A stretch of DNA of 62,218 nt, filler included, from Leptolyngbyaceae cyanobacterium (GCA_046080785.1; 8 parts of 8 records of this genome joined end to end with filler, not necessarily neighbours in it), one strand, 5' to 3'. Shown: positions 20,205 to 31,523, numbered from the whole stretch's first letter. The notes: generated from the sequence alone by a model not told the origin. Numbers and translations are program-made.

Positions 20205-23200
20205 TCACCCCAACCGTTGATTCCGGACAAGTTCGCACAACACCCGTGCAGCTCTGGCTTCTTCCGGGCGAATGCTATCTAAACGTTTGGCTAAATAGTC
20301 AGTGAGTTCCACTGCTAACTGGCGTTGGGTCATATCGCCGTAGTAATTCGGGATATTGAGGGAGAGGTGAGCTAACACAGCATCGCTGTCTAAATCGGTG
20401 ACGAGTTCCATCATGGCGTACAACACGGATCGCAAAACCGATTGGTGTAATTCCGAGCCTTCGCCCATCTCTGCCCGTCCAAACTCGACTGCACTCCGCA
20501 GTCGTGCCTTGTTTGCCCGTTGGTCGCCCATCAGCACCTTAAAGTTGCGGACCTTGAAGACTTTGGCAAAGTTTTGGTAGTTATCCAGCTTCTTGGTGCC
20601 CCGTGCTTCCATATCCAGCATCTTGAGATAAAACCGTTCTGCCCCTTTAAGCCGATCCCAATGGGCTTTGATGATACCCTGCGGCACGAGGCATTGGTTA
20701 GCGGTGTCTACGGCAAAGCCAATCAGGTTATCGACAAAGGTGGTTTCTCCTTTGACTCTGGGACGGATTGCTTCTACTGCCATTTCGCGCCCGTCAATCA
20801 TGGAGTAGCGAGTTAAAACCCGCAGCGCTGCCGCAAATCCTGCCATTTGAATGTCTGCGTCTTCAAATACATTCTCATCCCGGTAGAGCCCTTTGGCCTG
20901 CTGGTTCAGTCCAGTTAATTCTTCTACTTGAGCTTCCACTTCCTCCTGAATTTCCCATGCCAAATCATCACGAGTGGTCTTATGGCTCCCACTGCGTTTG
21001 CGACAGACCAGCAACACAGTCCCTTTGACGTGACTCCCTTCTCGCAGGGCACTATCGGTTTCTGTGACCACATACCAGGCTGCGGTAACCTGCAACCCGG
21101 AAGCCCAGACGATGTTTGCCATATCTGCCCAGATTGCACCAGATTGATGGGTAAACATGATCACCTGAATGCCGTTATCCGGCATACACTCCGTCATGCG
21201 TTTGTAAGCTGCCACCATATCCCGCCGAAAGTTTTCATCCTCACCGCGAATGGCGAGAGAGCGACGACTATCCCACACCCAATCGGCAAATTCAGGCGGT
21301 GGGTTCTTGCGAAGCCAAGCGATGAAGAAGTCGAGAATTTCTTCATACTTCACTGCGTCCCCATAGGGTGGGTCGGTTATCCATACATCGGATTGGGTTT
21401 TGATTTGGGAAACAGGGATTGAAATGATTTCAAAAGTTCTATCGCTGGGAAGTGGATAAGACTTCCACTTAGGTTGTAAGAATGAAGAACAGTTTGCGAA
21501 CGCCCTAGTAGCATAACTAAATAAAGTGTTAAGGGCCTGATTATCAAAAGTATTTGAAGCATTTCCACCAGCACCCTTACTTGCACTACCATTCCACCTT
21601 GAAAGACGACTTGACTGATCAGTCAAAGCAAGTGTTGAAAACTTAGGTGTTGCTGAGCATGACTGGTTTATCAAACCTGCCAGAAGTAATTGGCGAGGAT
21701 TGAATAAATGGTGCCAGTATGTCCAACCTCGTGCCCTAATTAAATCCAAGCCTTGATAACGAGGTGGGCCACCTACTTCAATTCGCATATCAGGAATCCA
21801 TCCCTCTGCCTGCCACTCACATAGACGTTGAGCGATGTAATCCTGAACGATTTTTTCCCGCTTAAGATCGGCTTCTGTTACTGACCGAAACTCATACTCA
21901 TCCACATTTCCCTTTAATTTAGGGCGCATCCATTGGATACAGTAAAGTCTCTCCTGTAACAAGTCATCAGGACGGGGCATGAAGTCATGTTTTTCCCATT
22001 TCCGCAACTGGTTGTCCACACTGCCATCCGGTTTCTGATAATCGCCTCGAAGAGTGGATAACTTGGTCTTGTAGGTTACGCCATCAATCTGATGCATCAG
22101 AAATGCTTCACCGTACTTACCATCTCTGCCCACTGTACCAACTTGAGCCGATTCTATTTCGGCAGCACTTACATCACTACAAATCTGGATGTCGTACCGC
22201 TGTTGTATTGGGTCTGGTACTAACTTGGCAACAACTTTGTAACCAGCGCTAATAACCAGACTTGGCAGGAGCGGCACCATCCAGCCACTCTGGGGACACC
22301 GAGTTTCTACACAGTAAAGAAATACCTTCGCTCGCCACCCGTGACCATCCGTTTCTACCCCCAGCGCATCAATTTCTGCCTGAACCTTTTCAACCAACTG
22401 TTTTTGTTCATCGGCGAGTTGCTGACGTTGCTCTTCCGCGCCACCCACAATGTTAAAGGCTCCCCAGGTGAGCATACAGGCTACAGGGTTGAGATCGGAA
22501 GCATAGACATTACAACCCAGTCGTGCCGCTTCAAAGGGAATTTGCCCTGACCCACAAAAGGTATCGGCTACACGAGGACGATGCCCAAACCGCATAATAC
22601 CCAGTTGCTCAACCAGTTCAGGGAAGGAATAGGCATCCGTGCCAAGATGCTCATTTACTGAGTCCCAAACATGATTGTGAACTGTGTTGATTACCTCCTC
22701 TGGTCGGTATGCTTGGTCTACCCACTCTCTATAAGTTGCTCTAGGCAACATCTGTGCTTCTAAACGTCGCTGTTCCAGGGGCGTTAAATCATCCCGCCAT
22801 TTAATTTTAACTTTGGCGTACTCAGGCTTTGACCAATCGACTGGGGCAGACTTGGGTAAGATTCCCTCCGGCTCAACCGTAAAATAGTCTGTGATATTGG
22901 TGATGGAAAGTTTTGATAGAATTTCTAGAGGTTTGAAACGATGTTTCCAACGAATCACAAAGGATTCGTTATCCATTGCCATTAGCTTCTCAAAAATCTC
23001 TAAGTCGCGGGTGGGGTTTTCAGTTGCAGGCAGGAGACAACCTAAAATGCAAGCTCTGTTGAGAATTAGCGGTTTACGTCCTTTCCAAAAGCTTCCTAAA
23101 GAAGTTAGCATTTTTCCTGAACCTGCCATCTGCTCCTTGTAAGCCTCTGCTGAAAGTTTCTGCACGGGCAGGAGCCGCTCAATCAAGGCAGGAGCATCTT

Positions 23201-23231
23201 TCAGGGATAAGGGTGTAACAGGGTGGGTCAT
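20205..23231 (-). CDS. DUF1156-domain amino-methyltransferase
   Basis: FWKGRKPL (DUF1156), DTFCGSG motif I, TDPPY motif IV. Confidence 0.9.
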   Translation of the reverse strand: MTHPVTPLSLKDAPALIERLLPVQKLSAEAYKEQMAGSGKMLTSLGSFWKGRKPLILNRACILGCLLPATENPTRDLEIFEKLMAMDNESFVIRWKHRFKPLEILSKLSITNITDYFTVEPEGILPKSAPVDWSKPEYAKVKIKWRDDLTPLEQRRLEAQMLPRATYREWVDQAYRPEEVINTVHNHVWDSVNEHLGTDAYSFPELVEQLGIMRFGHRPRVADTFCGSGQIPFEAARLGCNVYASDLNPVACMLTWGAFNIVGGAEEQRQQLADEQKQLVEKVQAEIDALGVETDGHGWRAKVFLYCVETRCPQSGWMVPLLPSLVISAGYKVVAKLVPDPIQQRYDIQICSDVSAAEIESAQVGTVGRDGKYGEAFLMHQIDGVTYKTKLSTLRGDYQKPDGSVDNQLRKWEKHDFMPRPDDLLQERLYCIQWMRPKLKGNVDEYEFRSVTEADLKREKIVQDYIAQRLCEWQAEGWIPDMRIEVGGPPRYQGLDLIRARGWTYWHHLFNPRQLLLAGLINQSCSATPKFSTLALTDQSSRLSRWNGSASKGAGGNASNTFDNQALNTLFSYATRAFANCSSFLQPKWKSYPLPSDRTFEIISIPVSQIKTQSDVWITDPPYGDAVKYEEILDFFIAWLRKNPPPEFADWVWDSRRSLAIRGEDENFRRDMVAAYKRMTECMPDNGIQVIMFTHQSGAIWADMANIVWASGLQVTAAWYVVTETDSALREGSHVKGTVLLVCRKRSGSHKTTRDDLAWEIQEEVEAQVEELTGLNQQAKGLYRDENVFEDADIQMAGFAAALRVLTRYSMIDGREMAVEAIRPRVKGETTFVDNLIGFAVDTANQCLVPQGIIKAHWDRLKGAERFYLKMLDMEARGTKKLDNYQNFAKVFKVRNFKVLMGDQRANKARLRSAVEFGRAEMGEGSELHQSVLRSVLYAMMELVTDLDSDAVLAHLSLNIPNYYGDMTQRQLAVELTDYLAKRLDSIRPEEARAARVLCELVRNQRLG

Positions 23232-23290
23232 AAAACATCTGAAAACAACGGCAACGACAAAATATCGGGTTCCACGGGACGGCAGCGTTT
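23228..23290 (-). CDS. C-terminus of an upstream coupled gene (DUF3780 expected), truncated by gap
   Basis: KRCRPVEPDILSLPLFSDVL*; its TGA overlaps the DUF1156 ATG (ATGA). Confidence 0.5.
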   Translation of the reverse strand, partial: KRCRPVEPDILSLPLFSDVL

Positions 23291-23392
23291 GCNNNNNNNN
23301 NNNNNNNNNNNNNNNNNNNNNNNNNNNNNNNNNNNNTTAATTAATTAANNNNNNNNNNNNNNNNNNNNNNNNNNNNNNNNNNNNNNNNNNNN

Positions 23393-23530
23393 GGCTTGAT
23401 TGACAACTTCTATCAGGTGTCAAGACAGTTATTTATCCCGGTGATCCGTCAGTTCATCCAAGAAAATCTCCCAAAACCGATTTAAGGCTCTTGACCACAT
23501 CACACTACTTCTGTCAATGCGTAAGTCCTA
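23393..23530 (+). mobile_element. IS right end with transposase C-terminus (family unresolved)
   Basis: GLIDNFYQVSRQLFIPVIRQFIQENLPKPI* then ...TGCGTAAGTCCTA; exact 138-bp inverted copy at 62079-62216. Confidence 0.85.
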
Positions 23531-24915
23531 AGATTGAGAGGCAGATTCAACATCTGTTTGCCCAACCTGTCGCTCAACCAGCCCCTAAAAACACGATACG
23601 CCGCACAATGGTTGATCCCCAGCCGTTTCGACGGCAGGTGCAGCAAATCCTTAATAGTGCAGGAGGGTATTGGGATGACGCCCCGGCCCTGGAAGAAATT
23701 AGCGCCCTGGTGGACAAAGCGGATGACTTTACGGTTCATGGGGATGGGAACAACGCCCTGGTGATTCTCAGGGCAATTACCGATGCTTATGTAGAAAGCT
23801 GGATGAACCTGGATGGCTCCAGCGGGGAAAGCGGTATGTTCTTTGAAGAGTTGGATGCAGCCCTGGCAGAAGCCATTCTCAGTGCAGACTTGAGCGCCGC
23901 TGACCGGCAAGACTGGCAGCGGCAACTCCCTGTTTGGGAAGATGAGGTCGATCAGTATGGCATTGATGATGCCTTTGCCAAAAGTAAAACTGCCCTTGAT
24001 CAGGGCTGGGATGATCCTCAATTGCAAACTATCCTGCAAGGAAAGGTGACCCATTTCCCTGTGCCAGAAGAGCAAGAGTCCTACAGCGTCAAAACCCTAA
24101 TCCAGATCCGGTTGGCTATCCTAGAACGGCAGAATAACTACAACGCCTACCTCAATCTGGCTCGAGCCGCAGGACAGACTCAGGCTTACCTGACCATGCT
24201 GGTGCGACTGGGCCGGATCGAAGAAGTCATGACCGAGGCTAAACAGCAACTCCACTCCGCTGATGCGGCTCTGGCTGTGGCCCAGGCTTTGCGAGAGCGG
24301 GGGGAGTTGGCCCAGGCCTTGGAGATTGCCGAAGCTGGTTTGGACTTACCAGGCATACTCAAGGCTCAACTGGCGCTGTGGATCAGTGAACTGGCAGAAA
24401 GAATGGGACAGCAGGAAAAAGGCTTGCAGGCGAGGATTATCGCCTTTAAGGACACACCGACCCTGGCGAATTACCTGAAAATTGAGGAACTGGCTGATAC
24501 TTCTGAATGGCCCAAACTCCAGCGATCGCTGTTGAAAAGCCTGAGACAACAGGATGATGTCTTCGCCAGTGAAGTCAAGGTTGACATTTTTCTCCGAGAA
24601 GGGTTACTGGAGGATGCAATCCAGTCAGTTGAGCAACTCAGTTCTTTCCAGGCAGATTTGATTCAGCGGGTAATGGATGCGGCGATGGAGCAGCACCCGG
24701 AGTGGGTGGTTGACAATGCCCGTCGCCGGGCTGAGTCGATTATGGATCAGGGCAAAGCCAAGTATTATCAGGCTGCCGTGGAGTGGCTGATGAAGGCTCG
24801 TGATGCCTATCGACAGGCTGGCCGACAGCAGGAATGGCAAACCTATTATGCTGAATTGTTGCAAAAGCATTCTCGGAAACGCAAGCTGATCAACCTGTTG
24901 AATGCGCTCAAGTGA
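23531..24915 (+). pseudogene. SWIM-zinc-finger-associated helical protein, 5' part cut by IS
   Basis: First 13 codons of ORF 23491 come from the IS end; the rest is helical with a YQAAVEWL...HSRKRKL C-terminus typical of SWIM proteins. Confidence 0.65.
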
Positions 24916-26218
24916 GAGAGATCATATCGTATCCCCAACTCTTTTCCCCATGCCATGTTGTGTGGGGAGGTTCTGTCTGGGCCAGGAGTTTGCCACGGGA
25001 AATGACATAGAGAACCGTGGGGCGGCAACGAATGGCATCGTAGCGATCGCGAGCATTGAGAACAATGAGATTAGCGGGTTTACCCACTTTGACACCATAC
25101 TGGTCTTCCAGATGTAGCGTTTTAGCGCCATTCCAGGTGACCATGTTGTAGCAAGCGTCAATCTCTGCCAACCCAGTCATTTGGGCAACATGTAACCCCA
25201 TGTGAGCCACATCGAGCATGTCAGCAGTGCCCAGGGTATACCAGGGATCCTGGATATCATCGTGGCCAAAGCTGACATTAATGCCCCGCTGCCAAAGCTC
25301 TTTAACCCGCGTCATGCCCCGCCGTTTAGGATAGGTGTCTGCCCGCCCCTGGAGGGTGATGTTGACCAGCGGGTTGGCCACCATATTCAAACCCGATCGC
25401 TGCAAAAAGCTCAACAATTTGGTGGCGTAGGCATTGTTGTAGGAGCCAAAGGCGGTCGTGTGGCTGGCTGTCACCCGTGCCCCCATCCCACTGCGAATGG
25501 TACAGGCGGCAACAACTTCTAGAAAGCGAGACTGCTCGTCGTCAATCTCATCGCAGTGAATGTCAATTAAGCGATCGTAGGTCTGGGCCAATTCAAAAAT
25601 TTTGTGCAGCGATCTCACCCCATCTTCCCGGGTCAGCTCGTAGTGAGGAATGCCCCCCACCGCATCGGCCCCCATACTCAGGGCAGTTTCCAGTAGGGCC
25701 TCATTTTGAAGCTGCCCATACACCCCGTCTTGGGGGAAGGCAACCACTTGCAGCGTCATCCAATCCTTCACCTGCTCTCGCACTTCCAGGAGAGCTTGCA
25801 GGGCGGTCAGGGTTGCTTCACTGGCATCAGCGTGACTGCGGACAAACAGGACACCCAGGGTGGCCTGGAGTTTTAAGGTGTGCAGAGCCCGCGCTTTGAC
25901 ATCTTCTAGGGATAGGGCCTGCTTCCGGTCTCGCCAGATCTCAATGCCTTCAAACAGAGTGCCACTCTGGTTCCAGCGGGGTTGACCAGCGGTCAGGGCA
26001 GAGTCGAGATGAATGTGGGACTCTACGAAGGGAGGGCTGACCAGTTGATGATCAATATCCAGAGATAACCTAGCGTTTCCTGAAAAGGGGGGAGAGTCAG
26101 CGGAAGCTTTGCAATCAAAAATTGCCTCAATTTTGCCAGACTGGATGGCAATGTCGACATTTGAGATCGTTCCATCTGCCTGTAATAACCGACATTGACG
26201 CAGCAGTAAATCATACAT
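24908..26218 (-). CDS. codA: Cytosine deaminase
   Basis: ESHIHLD, AFPQDG, IHCDE, GHDD. Confidence 0.93.
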   Translation of the reverse strand: MYDLLLRQCRLLQADGTISNVDIAIQSGKIEAIFDCKASADSPPFSGNARLSLDIDHQLVSPPFVESHIHLDSALTAGQPRWNQSGTLFEGIEIWRDRKQALSLEDVKARALHTLKLQATLGVLFVRSHADASEATLTALQALLEVREQVKDWMTLQVVAFPQDGVYGQLQNEALLETALSMGADAVGGIPHYELTREDGVRSLHKIFELAQTYDRLIDIHCDEIDDEQSRFLEVVAACTIRSGMGARVTASHTTAFGSYNNAYATKLLSFLQRSGLNMVANPLVNITLQGRADTYPKRRGMTRVKELWQRGINVSFGHDDIQDPWYTLGTADMLDVAHMGLHVAQMTGLAEIDACYNMVTWNGAKTLHLEDQYGVKVGKPANLIVLNARDRYDAIRCRPTVLYVISRGKLLAQTEPPHTTWHGEKSWGYDMISLT

Positions 26219-26252
26219 GGCGCTCAACAGCTAACTCAAGGTTGAATGGGGA

Positions 26253-26843
26253 TTACCCAGTGACCTCATCTGCAAAACTGGCCCATCGGACAAAGTGAAA
26301 CGGCCCTGCGAGAGACCCCCAGACATATTCATCCGTTTCGGGATCAAGCCCTAAATCATGGCTGAGAAAGCGATCGCCATCAATTTCAAAGGTGCTATTG
26401 AGATAAGTTGTACGGCCTTTGCGCATCACCATGCAGGCCTTTCCCGGTTCCACCGCGCCTTTAAAGCTGTGCCCTGTCCACTCCACCACCATATTGCAGC
26501 CTGGCAGCCGTTCCAGTTGTTCGACCTGGAGCGCAGCTAATTGTTTCAAGTCACGGGCAGCACCATAAAAGGATGCTTCTCCAATCACCCGGTAGTTTTC
26601 AATCTCAATCTGTCCCTGATTCAGAATCAGGTTGAGCACCCTGACGCGATAAGGGTCATGCAACATAAAATCGTAGGCTTGCTCGACAAACAAACTCACC
26701 CCTGAAAGAAAATCGGCAGGTAAGGGCCGCATACAAACGCGGATATAGGCATACAGAGGGGGATTGTCAAACGCTTGTTGCTGATTACTAAAGTCAGCAG
26801 CCATCCAGCGGGCCAGCGTGGCTAGATCTGTAGGGTGAGTCAT
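26253..26843 (-). CDS. cpcT: CpcT/CpeT chromophore lyase
   Basis: LARWMAADFSNQQQAFDNPP, EQAYD, PYRVR. Confidence 0.9.
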   Translation of the reverse strand: MTHPTDLATLARWMAADFSNQQQAFDNPPLYAYIRVCMRPLPADFLSGVSLFVEQAYDFMLHDPYRVRVLNLILNQGQIEIENYRVIGEASFYGAARDLKQLAALQVEQLERLPGCNMVVEWTGHSFKGAVEPGKACMVMRKGRTTYLNSTFEIDGDRFLSHDLGLDPETDEYVWGSLAGPFHFVRWASFADEVTG

Positions 26844-26894
26844 TGCAGATTTACGAGCAGGTAAAAAGGTCAACCCCTATTGTAGAGCCAGTGA

Positions 26895-27692
26895 TCACTC
26901 AATCCAGGGATCGGGTTCTGTAGTTTCGGTTGGCTCATCAGCAGGTGGGGGCTCACCTGATTGGGCCTCACTAAACGTCGCTGTGGCAGCAAACTCGTTC
27001 GTTGCTTCATTCACCAACTCTTCTGGCTCAACGACAGGTTTAACCAGATTAACAGTCGGGGTAGTGATTGCGGCAACAGGGGTAACTCCAGGAGTTGGTA
27101 GGCTGACCAAGGGCGGCAAAATTTTGTTGACCCACAGGCCGAGTAAAGAAAAATCTCTACTAATCTGCTCGCTCAGATAGGGCGTTGTGCAGGCAAAGAC
27201 CTGATCTGAATGAAACAACACTCCTAAGACGCTGACGGGTACCTGGGTAAATAAATTAGCGAGTAAAAAAGCGATCGCTGCAAGCAGCAGGCCCAATAGG
27301 CGAGAATCACTCAAGAAAGTAACCCGATCTGTAGCAATGGGAGCAATGCTGTAGAGCTTGGTTAAAATGACCAAGAGCCCCGATGCTGTGGAAAGAGCGA
27401 GAATCTGATTGCGCTGAGACTTAAATAAGGTCAGCAACCTTCGCTGATCTTCAGTCAGGGCAGAAGGCTTGAGAGCAACTGCAATCAGACTAAAAATAAA
27501 GAAAGGCTTCTGCAATTGCATCCACAAGACTGGCCCGACCCCGATCGCAGCGATAAGGCAAAGTTCTAGCCAGGGTGGCAGAATGGGAATACCTATTGCC
27601 AAACCAAGCAGGCAAAGCTCGAGTAAAGCGGGAATAACTGCTAACCCAGCCAAATGAATCCATAAGTAGGGGTCAGACCAAAACGAACGCAT
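26895..27692 (-). CDS. Low-complexity tail membrane protein
   Basis: MRSFWSDPYLWIHLAGLA, 4 TM helices, Pro/Glu/Thr tail. Confidence 0.8.
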   Translation of the reverse strand: MRSFWSDPYLWIHLAGLAVIPALLELCLLGLAIGIPILPPWLELCLIAAIGVGPVLWMQLQKPFFIFSLIAVALKPSALTEDQRRLLTLFKSQRNQILALSTASGLLVILTKLYSIAPIATDRVTFLSDSRLLGLLLAAIAFLLANLFTQVPVSVLGVLFHSDQVFACTTPYLSEQISRDFSLLGLWVNKILPPLVSLPTPGVTPVAAITTPTVNLVKPVVEPEELVNEATNEFAATATFSEAQSGEPPPADEPTETTEPDPWIE

Positions 27693-27766
27693 AGTGAGCC
27701 CATTTAAAGGTACAACTTATGCCCAGTATAAAGCCTGACCAGGGGATTCAATCGGATTTGATTGAG

Positions 27767-27997
27767 TTAAGCTTCCTTAGAGCTACCACGCTGCCGTTGT
27801 TCGCGCTGCTGCTTGATTAACTTTAATTGCTGCAAAAAAGATTCTGCCTCAGCCTGGAGATGAAGAAACTTTAACTGCTGATCAACCGTCAATGGCGACG
27901 GTTTTGTTGCAACGGCAGCTTTTGAACGTTCAATCGACATTTGACTAGAAGCACCTTGAGACGAGGGGACAGCGACTACTCTATCAAACTCATCCAT
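27767..27997 (-). CDS. Small hypothetical protein
   Basis: QQLKFLHLQAEAESFLQQL coiled-coil motif. Confidence 0.6.
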   Translation of the reverse strand: MDEFDRVVAVPSSQGASSQMSIERSKAAVATKPSPLTVDQQLKFLHLQAEAESFLQQLKLIKQQREQRQRGSSKEA

Positions 27998-28320
27998 ACT
28001 ATTTAGAAATGAGACGACTTAAATGACATATATCTGTGATCAAAGATCACGTTGTATATCTTAACCTATGCTTTACAAAAAAGTGGTTACCCGTTACAAA
28101 ATTCTAACCATGGGCAACCTCATTTATTTGATCAGCCAGGAAGACGGGTCAGGTACACTAGTAGTCTGCACTATTTCAAACGGTGCGATCGACTTTAGGG
28201 GCTTGCGTGAAAATAAAATCCGCACGATGCGTTACGCTTACCGCCTAACACACTCTACGGTAGGTACATTATTGAATTGCAAATCCCTCTTCTAAGTAAC
28301 TTAATAGATAAGTACTGACT

Positions 28321-29460
28321 GTGAGTTTATCGATTAGTTCCCCGAGTGATCGTTTCCCCGGTGGTTATACGACCTCCCACCTGCGGCTAGAGCCTGACAG
28401 CGTTCAGGGCTGGCGCGGGTTGATTGATGCCTATCGGTCTTACCTGCCCGTGACAGAGCAAACCCCCGTAGTGACTTTAAATGAGGGGAATACGCCCTTA
28501 ATTCCAGTTCCCGCGATCGCGGCTTTAATTGGTCGCCAGGTTAGGGTTTTTGTGAAATACGATGGTCTCAACCCCACTGGCAGCTTTAAAGACCGGGGTA
28601 TGACCATGGCCATCTCAAAAGCCAGAGAAGCCGGGGCAGAAGCGGTCATTTGTGCCAGTACAGGCAATACTTCAGCCGCAGCCGCAGCCTATGCCCGCCG
28701 GGGTGGTATGCGAGCTTTTGTGCTGATTCCCGATGGCTATGTCGCTTTGGGCAAACTGGCTCAGGCATTGTTGTATGGGGCTGAAGTTTTAGCGATCGCA
28801 GGCAACTTTGATCAGGCCTTAGAAATTGTGCGGGAGATGTCTATCAACTATCCCGTCACCCTGGTAAATTCTGTCAACCCCTACCGGCTGGAAGGGCAGA
28901 AAACCGCCGCCTTTGAAATTGTGGATGTCTTAGGGGATGCGCCAGACTGGCTCTGCATCCCGGTTGGTAATGCAGGGAATATTACTGCCTACTGGATGGG
29001 CTTCTGCCAGTATCACCAGGAGCAACGCACGACAAAATTGCCCCGCATGATGGGGTTTCAGGCAGCGGGAGCAGCCCCCTTCATTGCAGGACACCCGATC
29101 GCCCATCCTGAGACTCTGGCCACTGCAATTCGGATTGGCAACCCGGCCAACTGGCACCGAGCGATCGCCGCCAAAGAGGCTAGTCAAGGCTGCTTTAATC
29201 CAGTTACAGATGATGAAATTTTGGATGCCTATCGCCTGTTGGCTAGCCAGGAAGGCATTTTTTGTGAACCTGCCAGTGCTGCATCCGTGGCTGGCCTGTT
29301 GAAAGTTAAAGATCAGGTGCCCGCTGCAGCCACCGTTGTATGCGTACTAACGGGCAATGGTCTGAAAGACCCGGATACGGCAATTAAGCATAGCCAAAGT
29401 CAGTTTAAGCAGGGCATTGCCCCAGACCAAACCTCCGTCGCAAAAGCGATGGGCTTTTAA
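28321..29460 (+). CDS. thrC: Threonine synthase
   Basis: [13 protein letters not shown] lysine, CASTGNTS. Confidence 0.96.
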   Translation: MSLSISSPSDRFPGGYTTSHLRLEPDSVQGWRGLIDAYRSYLPVTEQTPVVTLNEGNTPLIPVPAIAALIGRQVRVFVKYDGLNPTGSFKDRGMTMAISKAREAGAEAVICASTGNTSAAAAAYARRGGMRAFVLIPDGYVALGKLAQALLYGAEVLAIAGNFDQALEIVREMSINYPVTLVNSVNPYRLEGQKTAAFEIVDVLGDAPDWLCIPVGNAGNITAYWMGFCQYHQEQRTTKLPRMMGFQAAGAAPFIAGHPIAHPETLATAIRIGNPANWHRAIAAKEASQGCFNPVTDDEILDAYRLLASQEGIFCEPASAASVAGLLKVKDQVPAAATVVCVLTGNGLKDPDTAIKHSQSQFKQGIAPDQTSVAKAMGF

Positions 29461-30236
29461 CCCATGCCCATAATTTCGTAGCCGGCATCAACATAAATTA
29501 CTTGACCTGTGATGCCGCTGGCCAGGTCACTGCACAGGAATGCGGCGGTGTTACCCACTTCGATTTGAGTGACAGTGCGGCGCAAGGGGGCAACCTGCTC
29601 TACATGGTGAATCATGTCTAAAATACCACCAACGGCGGAGGAGGCCAGGGTACGAATGGGACCAGCAGAAATCCCATTCACCCGAATATGCTTGGGGCCC
29701 AGATCCGATGCCAGGTAGCGCACATTCATTTCCAGGGCGGCCTTAGCAATGCCCATGACATTGTAATTGGGGATCACCCGTACTCCGCCCAGATAACTGA
29801 GAGTGACGACACTGCCCCCCTCAGTCATCAGTGGCTCCGCCCCAGCACACAGTTGGATTAAAGAATAGGCACTAACATCCAGGGCTGTCTGAAACCCTGA
29901 GCGGGAGGTGTGGGTAAAACTGCCAGTCAGGTCTTCCTTGTGAGCAAAGGCCAGACAGTGGATCAAAATATCCAACTGGCCCCATTTCTGCTTAACTGTT
30001 GCAAACGTGTGCTCAACCTGAGCCTCATCCTGCACGTTGCAAGCCACAAATAAAGTGGGGTTAAGCGGCTCGACCAGTTCTGCCACTTTTTTTTCCGATC
30101 GCCCCTTGTCATCCGGTAAATAGGTCACGCCAATATTGGCCCCGGCGCTATGAAGCTGTTGGGCAATGCCCCAGGCGATCGAACGGTTGTTGGCGATGCC
30201 AGTCACCAGGGCATTTTTTCCAGTCAGGTTCAGCAT
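29457..30236 (-). CDS. fabI: Enoyl-ACP reductase
   Basis: [21 protein letters not shown]. Confidence 0.97.
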   Translation of the reverse strand: MLNLTGKNALVTGIANNRSIAWGIAQQLHSAGANIGVTYLPDDKGRSEKKVAELVEPLNPTLFVACNVQDEAQVEHTFATVKQKWGQLDILIHCLAFAHKEDLTGSFTHTSRSGFQTALDVSAYSLIQLCAGAEPLMTEGGSVVTLSYLGGVRVIPNYNVMGIAKAALEMNVRYLASDLGPKHIRVNGISAGPIRTLASSAVGGILDMIHHVEQVAPLRRTVTQIEVGNTAAFLCSDLASGITGQVIYVDAGYEIMGMG

Positions 30237-30540
30237 ATCACTCTCTTACTTGGTCAAGGGCAACTATGAGGATACTCAAAGATGGGGACGCACCGATAGA
30301 GGATGGGGCAGACACAACTGATCGGATTGAGCAAGGGGCGGTTAATATATGGTTAGTTCACGCTCTCCTGATGCGTCTGCTTGATTGACGCTAATAAACC
30401 CCCAGCAGGGAAGCCAAATGGGTCATAAATGTAATATCAAGCACAAAAAATCGCTCCATTGTAGGGTTAAGTGTTTTAAGTTACAGATTGTCGCAATCAG
30501 ATCGTTTTATGGAGTAGACTTCTGGCATCAGTAGGACATT

Positions 30541-31212
30541 ATGGTAGTGACGCAAGATAAGCCATTGGCAACTGTGTTTCGACAACTGGGTACTGGTGGG
30601 TTTCCCCCAGTTGTTGAAACGTTTGAGCGTGGAAAAACCATTTTTTTTCCTGGTGATCCGGCTGAGCGTGTCTATTTTTTAGTCAAGGGTGCGGTCAAGC
30701 TTTCCCGTGTTTACGAAGCAGGTGAAGAGATTACCGTTGCCCTGCTCCGCGAAAATAGCGTATTCGGGGTTCTGTCTTTAATTACCGGGCATCGCTCTGA
30801 CCGCTTTTATCACGCGGTCGCCTTTACCCCCGTAGAGCTCCTGTCTGTCCCGATTGAGCAGGTAGAAAAGTCACTCAAAGAAAATCCAGAACTTTCTATG
30901 TTGATGCTCAGGGGGCTGTCTTCCCGCATCTTACAAACTGAAATGATGATTGAAACCCTGGCTCACCGCGATATGGGGTCTCGCCTTGTCAGCTTTCTTT
31001 TGATTCTTTGTCGAGACTTTGGGGTTCCAACCAACGACGGCATTATGATTGACTTGAAGTTATCGCACCAGGCGATCGCAGAAGCCATCGGCTCTACCCG
31101 GGTGACTGTCACTCGCTTGCTTGGTGATCTGCGCCAAGACGATATGATTTCAATTCACAAGAAAAAAATTACCGTGCATAATCCGGTCACTCTCAGTCAG
31201 CAATTTACCTGA
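30541..31212 (+). CDS. ntcA: Global nitrogen regulator NtcA
   Basis: CRP family; [28 protein letters not shown]; divergent from fabI. Confidence 0.98.
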   Translation: MVVTQDKPLATVFRQLGTGGFPPVVETFERGKTIFFPGDPAERVYFLVKGAVKLSRVYEAGEEITVALLRENSVFGVLSLITGHRSDRFYHAVAFTPVELLSVPIEQVEKSLKENPELSMLMLRGLSSRILQTEMMIETLAHRDMGSRLVSFLLILCRDFGVPTNDGIMIDLKLSHQAIAEAIGSTRVTVTRLLGDLRQDDMISIHKKKITVHNPVTLSQQFT

Positions 31213-31523
31213 TCCATGGGGGGATCCATTTCGGCACCCGGTAACTGCACCATGCGGTTTATTCTCAACCAGGTCTAATTCACTCTGCTTTTCAAAAACG
31301 CCCAAATTTTGACAGTAAATTCGCTAAAATAAAACTTTTGCTGGTTGGAATGGTTTGAGTCCTGGCCGACACTTTTGCTTACCCTTTCACCCATCTTCGC
31401 TCCTCTAGCGGTTGCAGATTCGGTTACACAAGGCAACCTGAATATCCATGCGGTAGGCTCTAGGTAAGGTTTGCCTGACAGCCTTCTTCGCTATGTCATG
31501 TGGGTTGAGAGCCACGGAGCGTA

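Larger units (their letters stand above)
13343..23292. mobile_element. tRNA-Val-anchored genomic (defence) island, right part lost in gap
   Basis: att duplicate, orientation placing the island on the higher-coordinate side, and TA/defence cargo. Confidence 0.75.

Noticed and set aside
23293..23392. TTAATTAATTAA flanked by Ns, seven times (also 35240, 38792, 42073, 46060, 56777, 59567)
   Set aside because: Artificial 100-nt contig linker with stops in all frames; not biological, and cross-gap synteny cannot be trusted
30431..30444. NtcA box-like GTA-N8-CAC upstream of ntcA
   Set aside because: Non-consensus and no well-spaced TAN3T; plausible but not supportable
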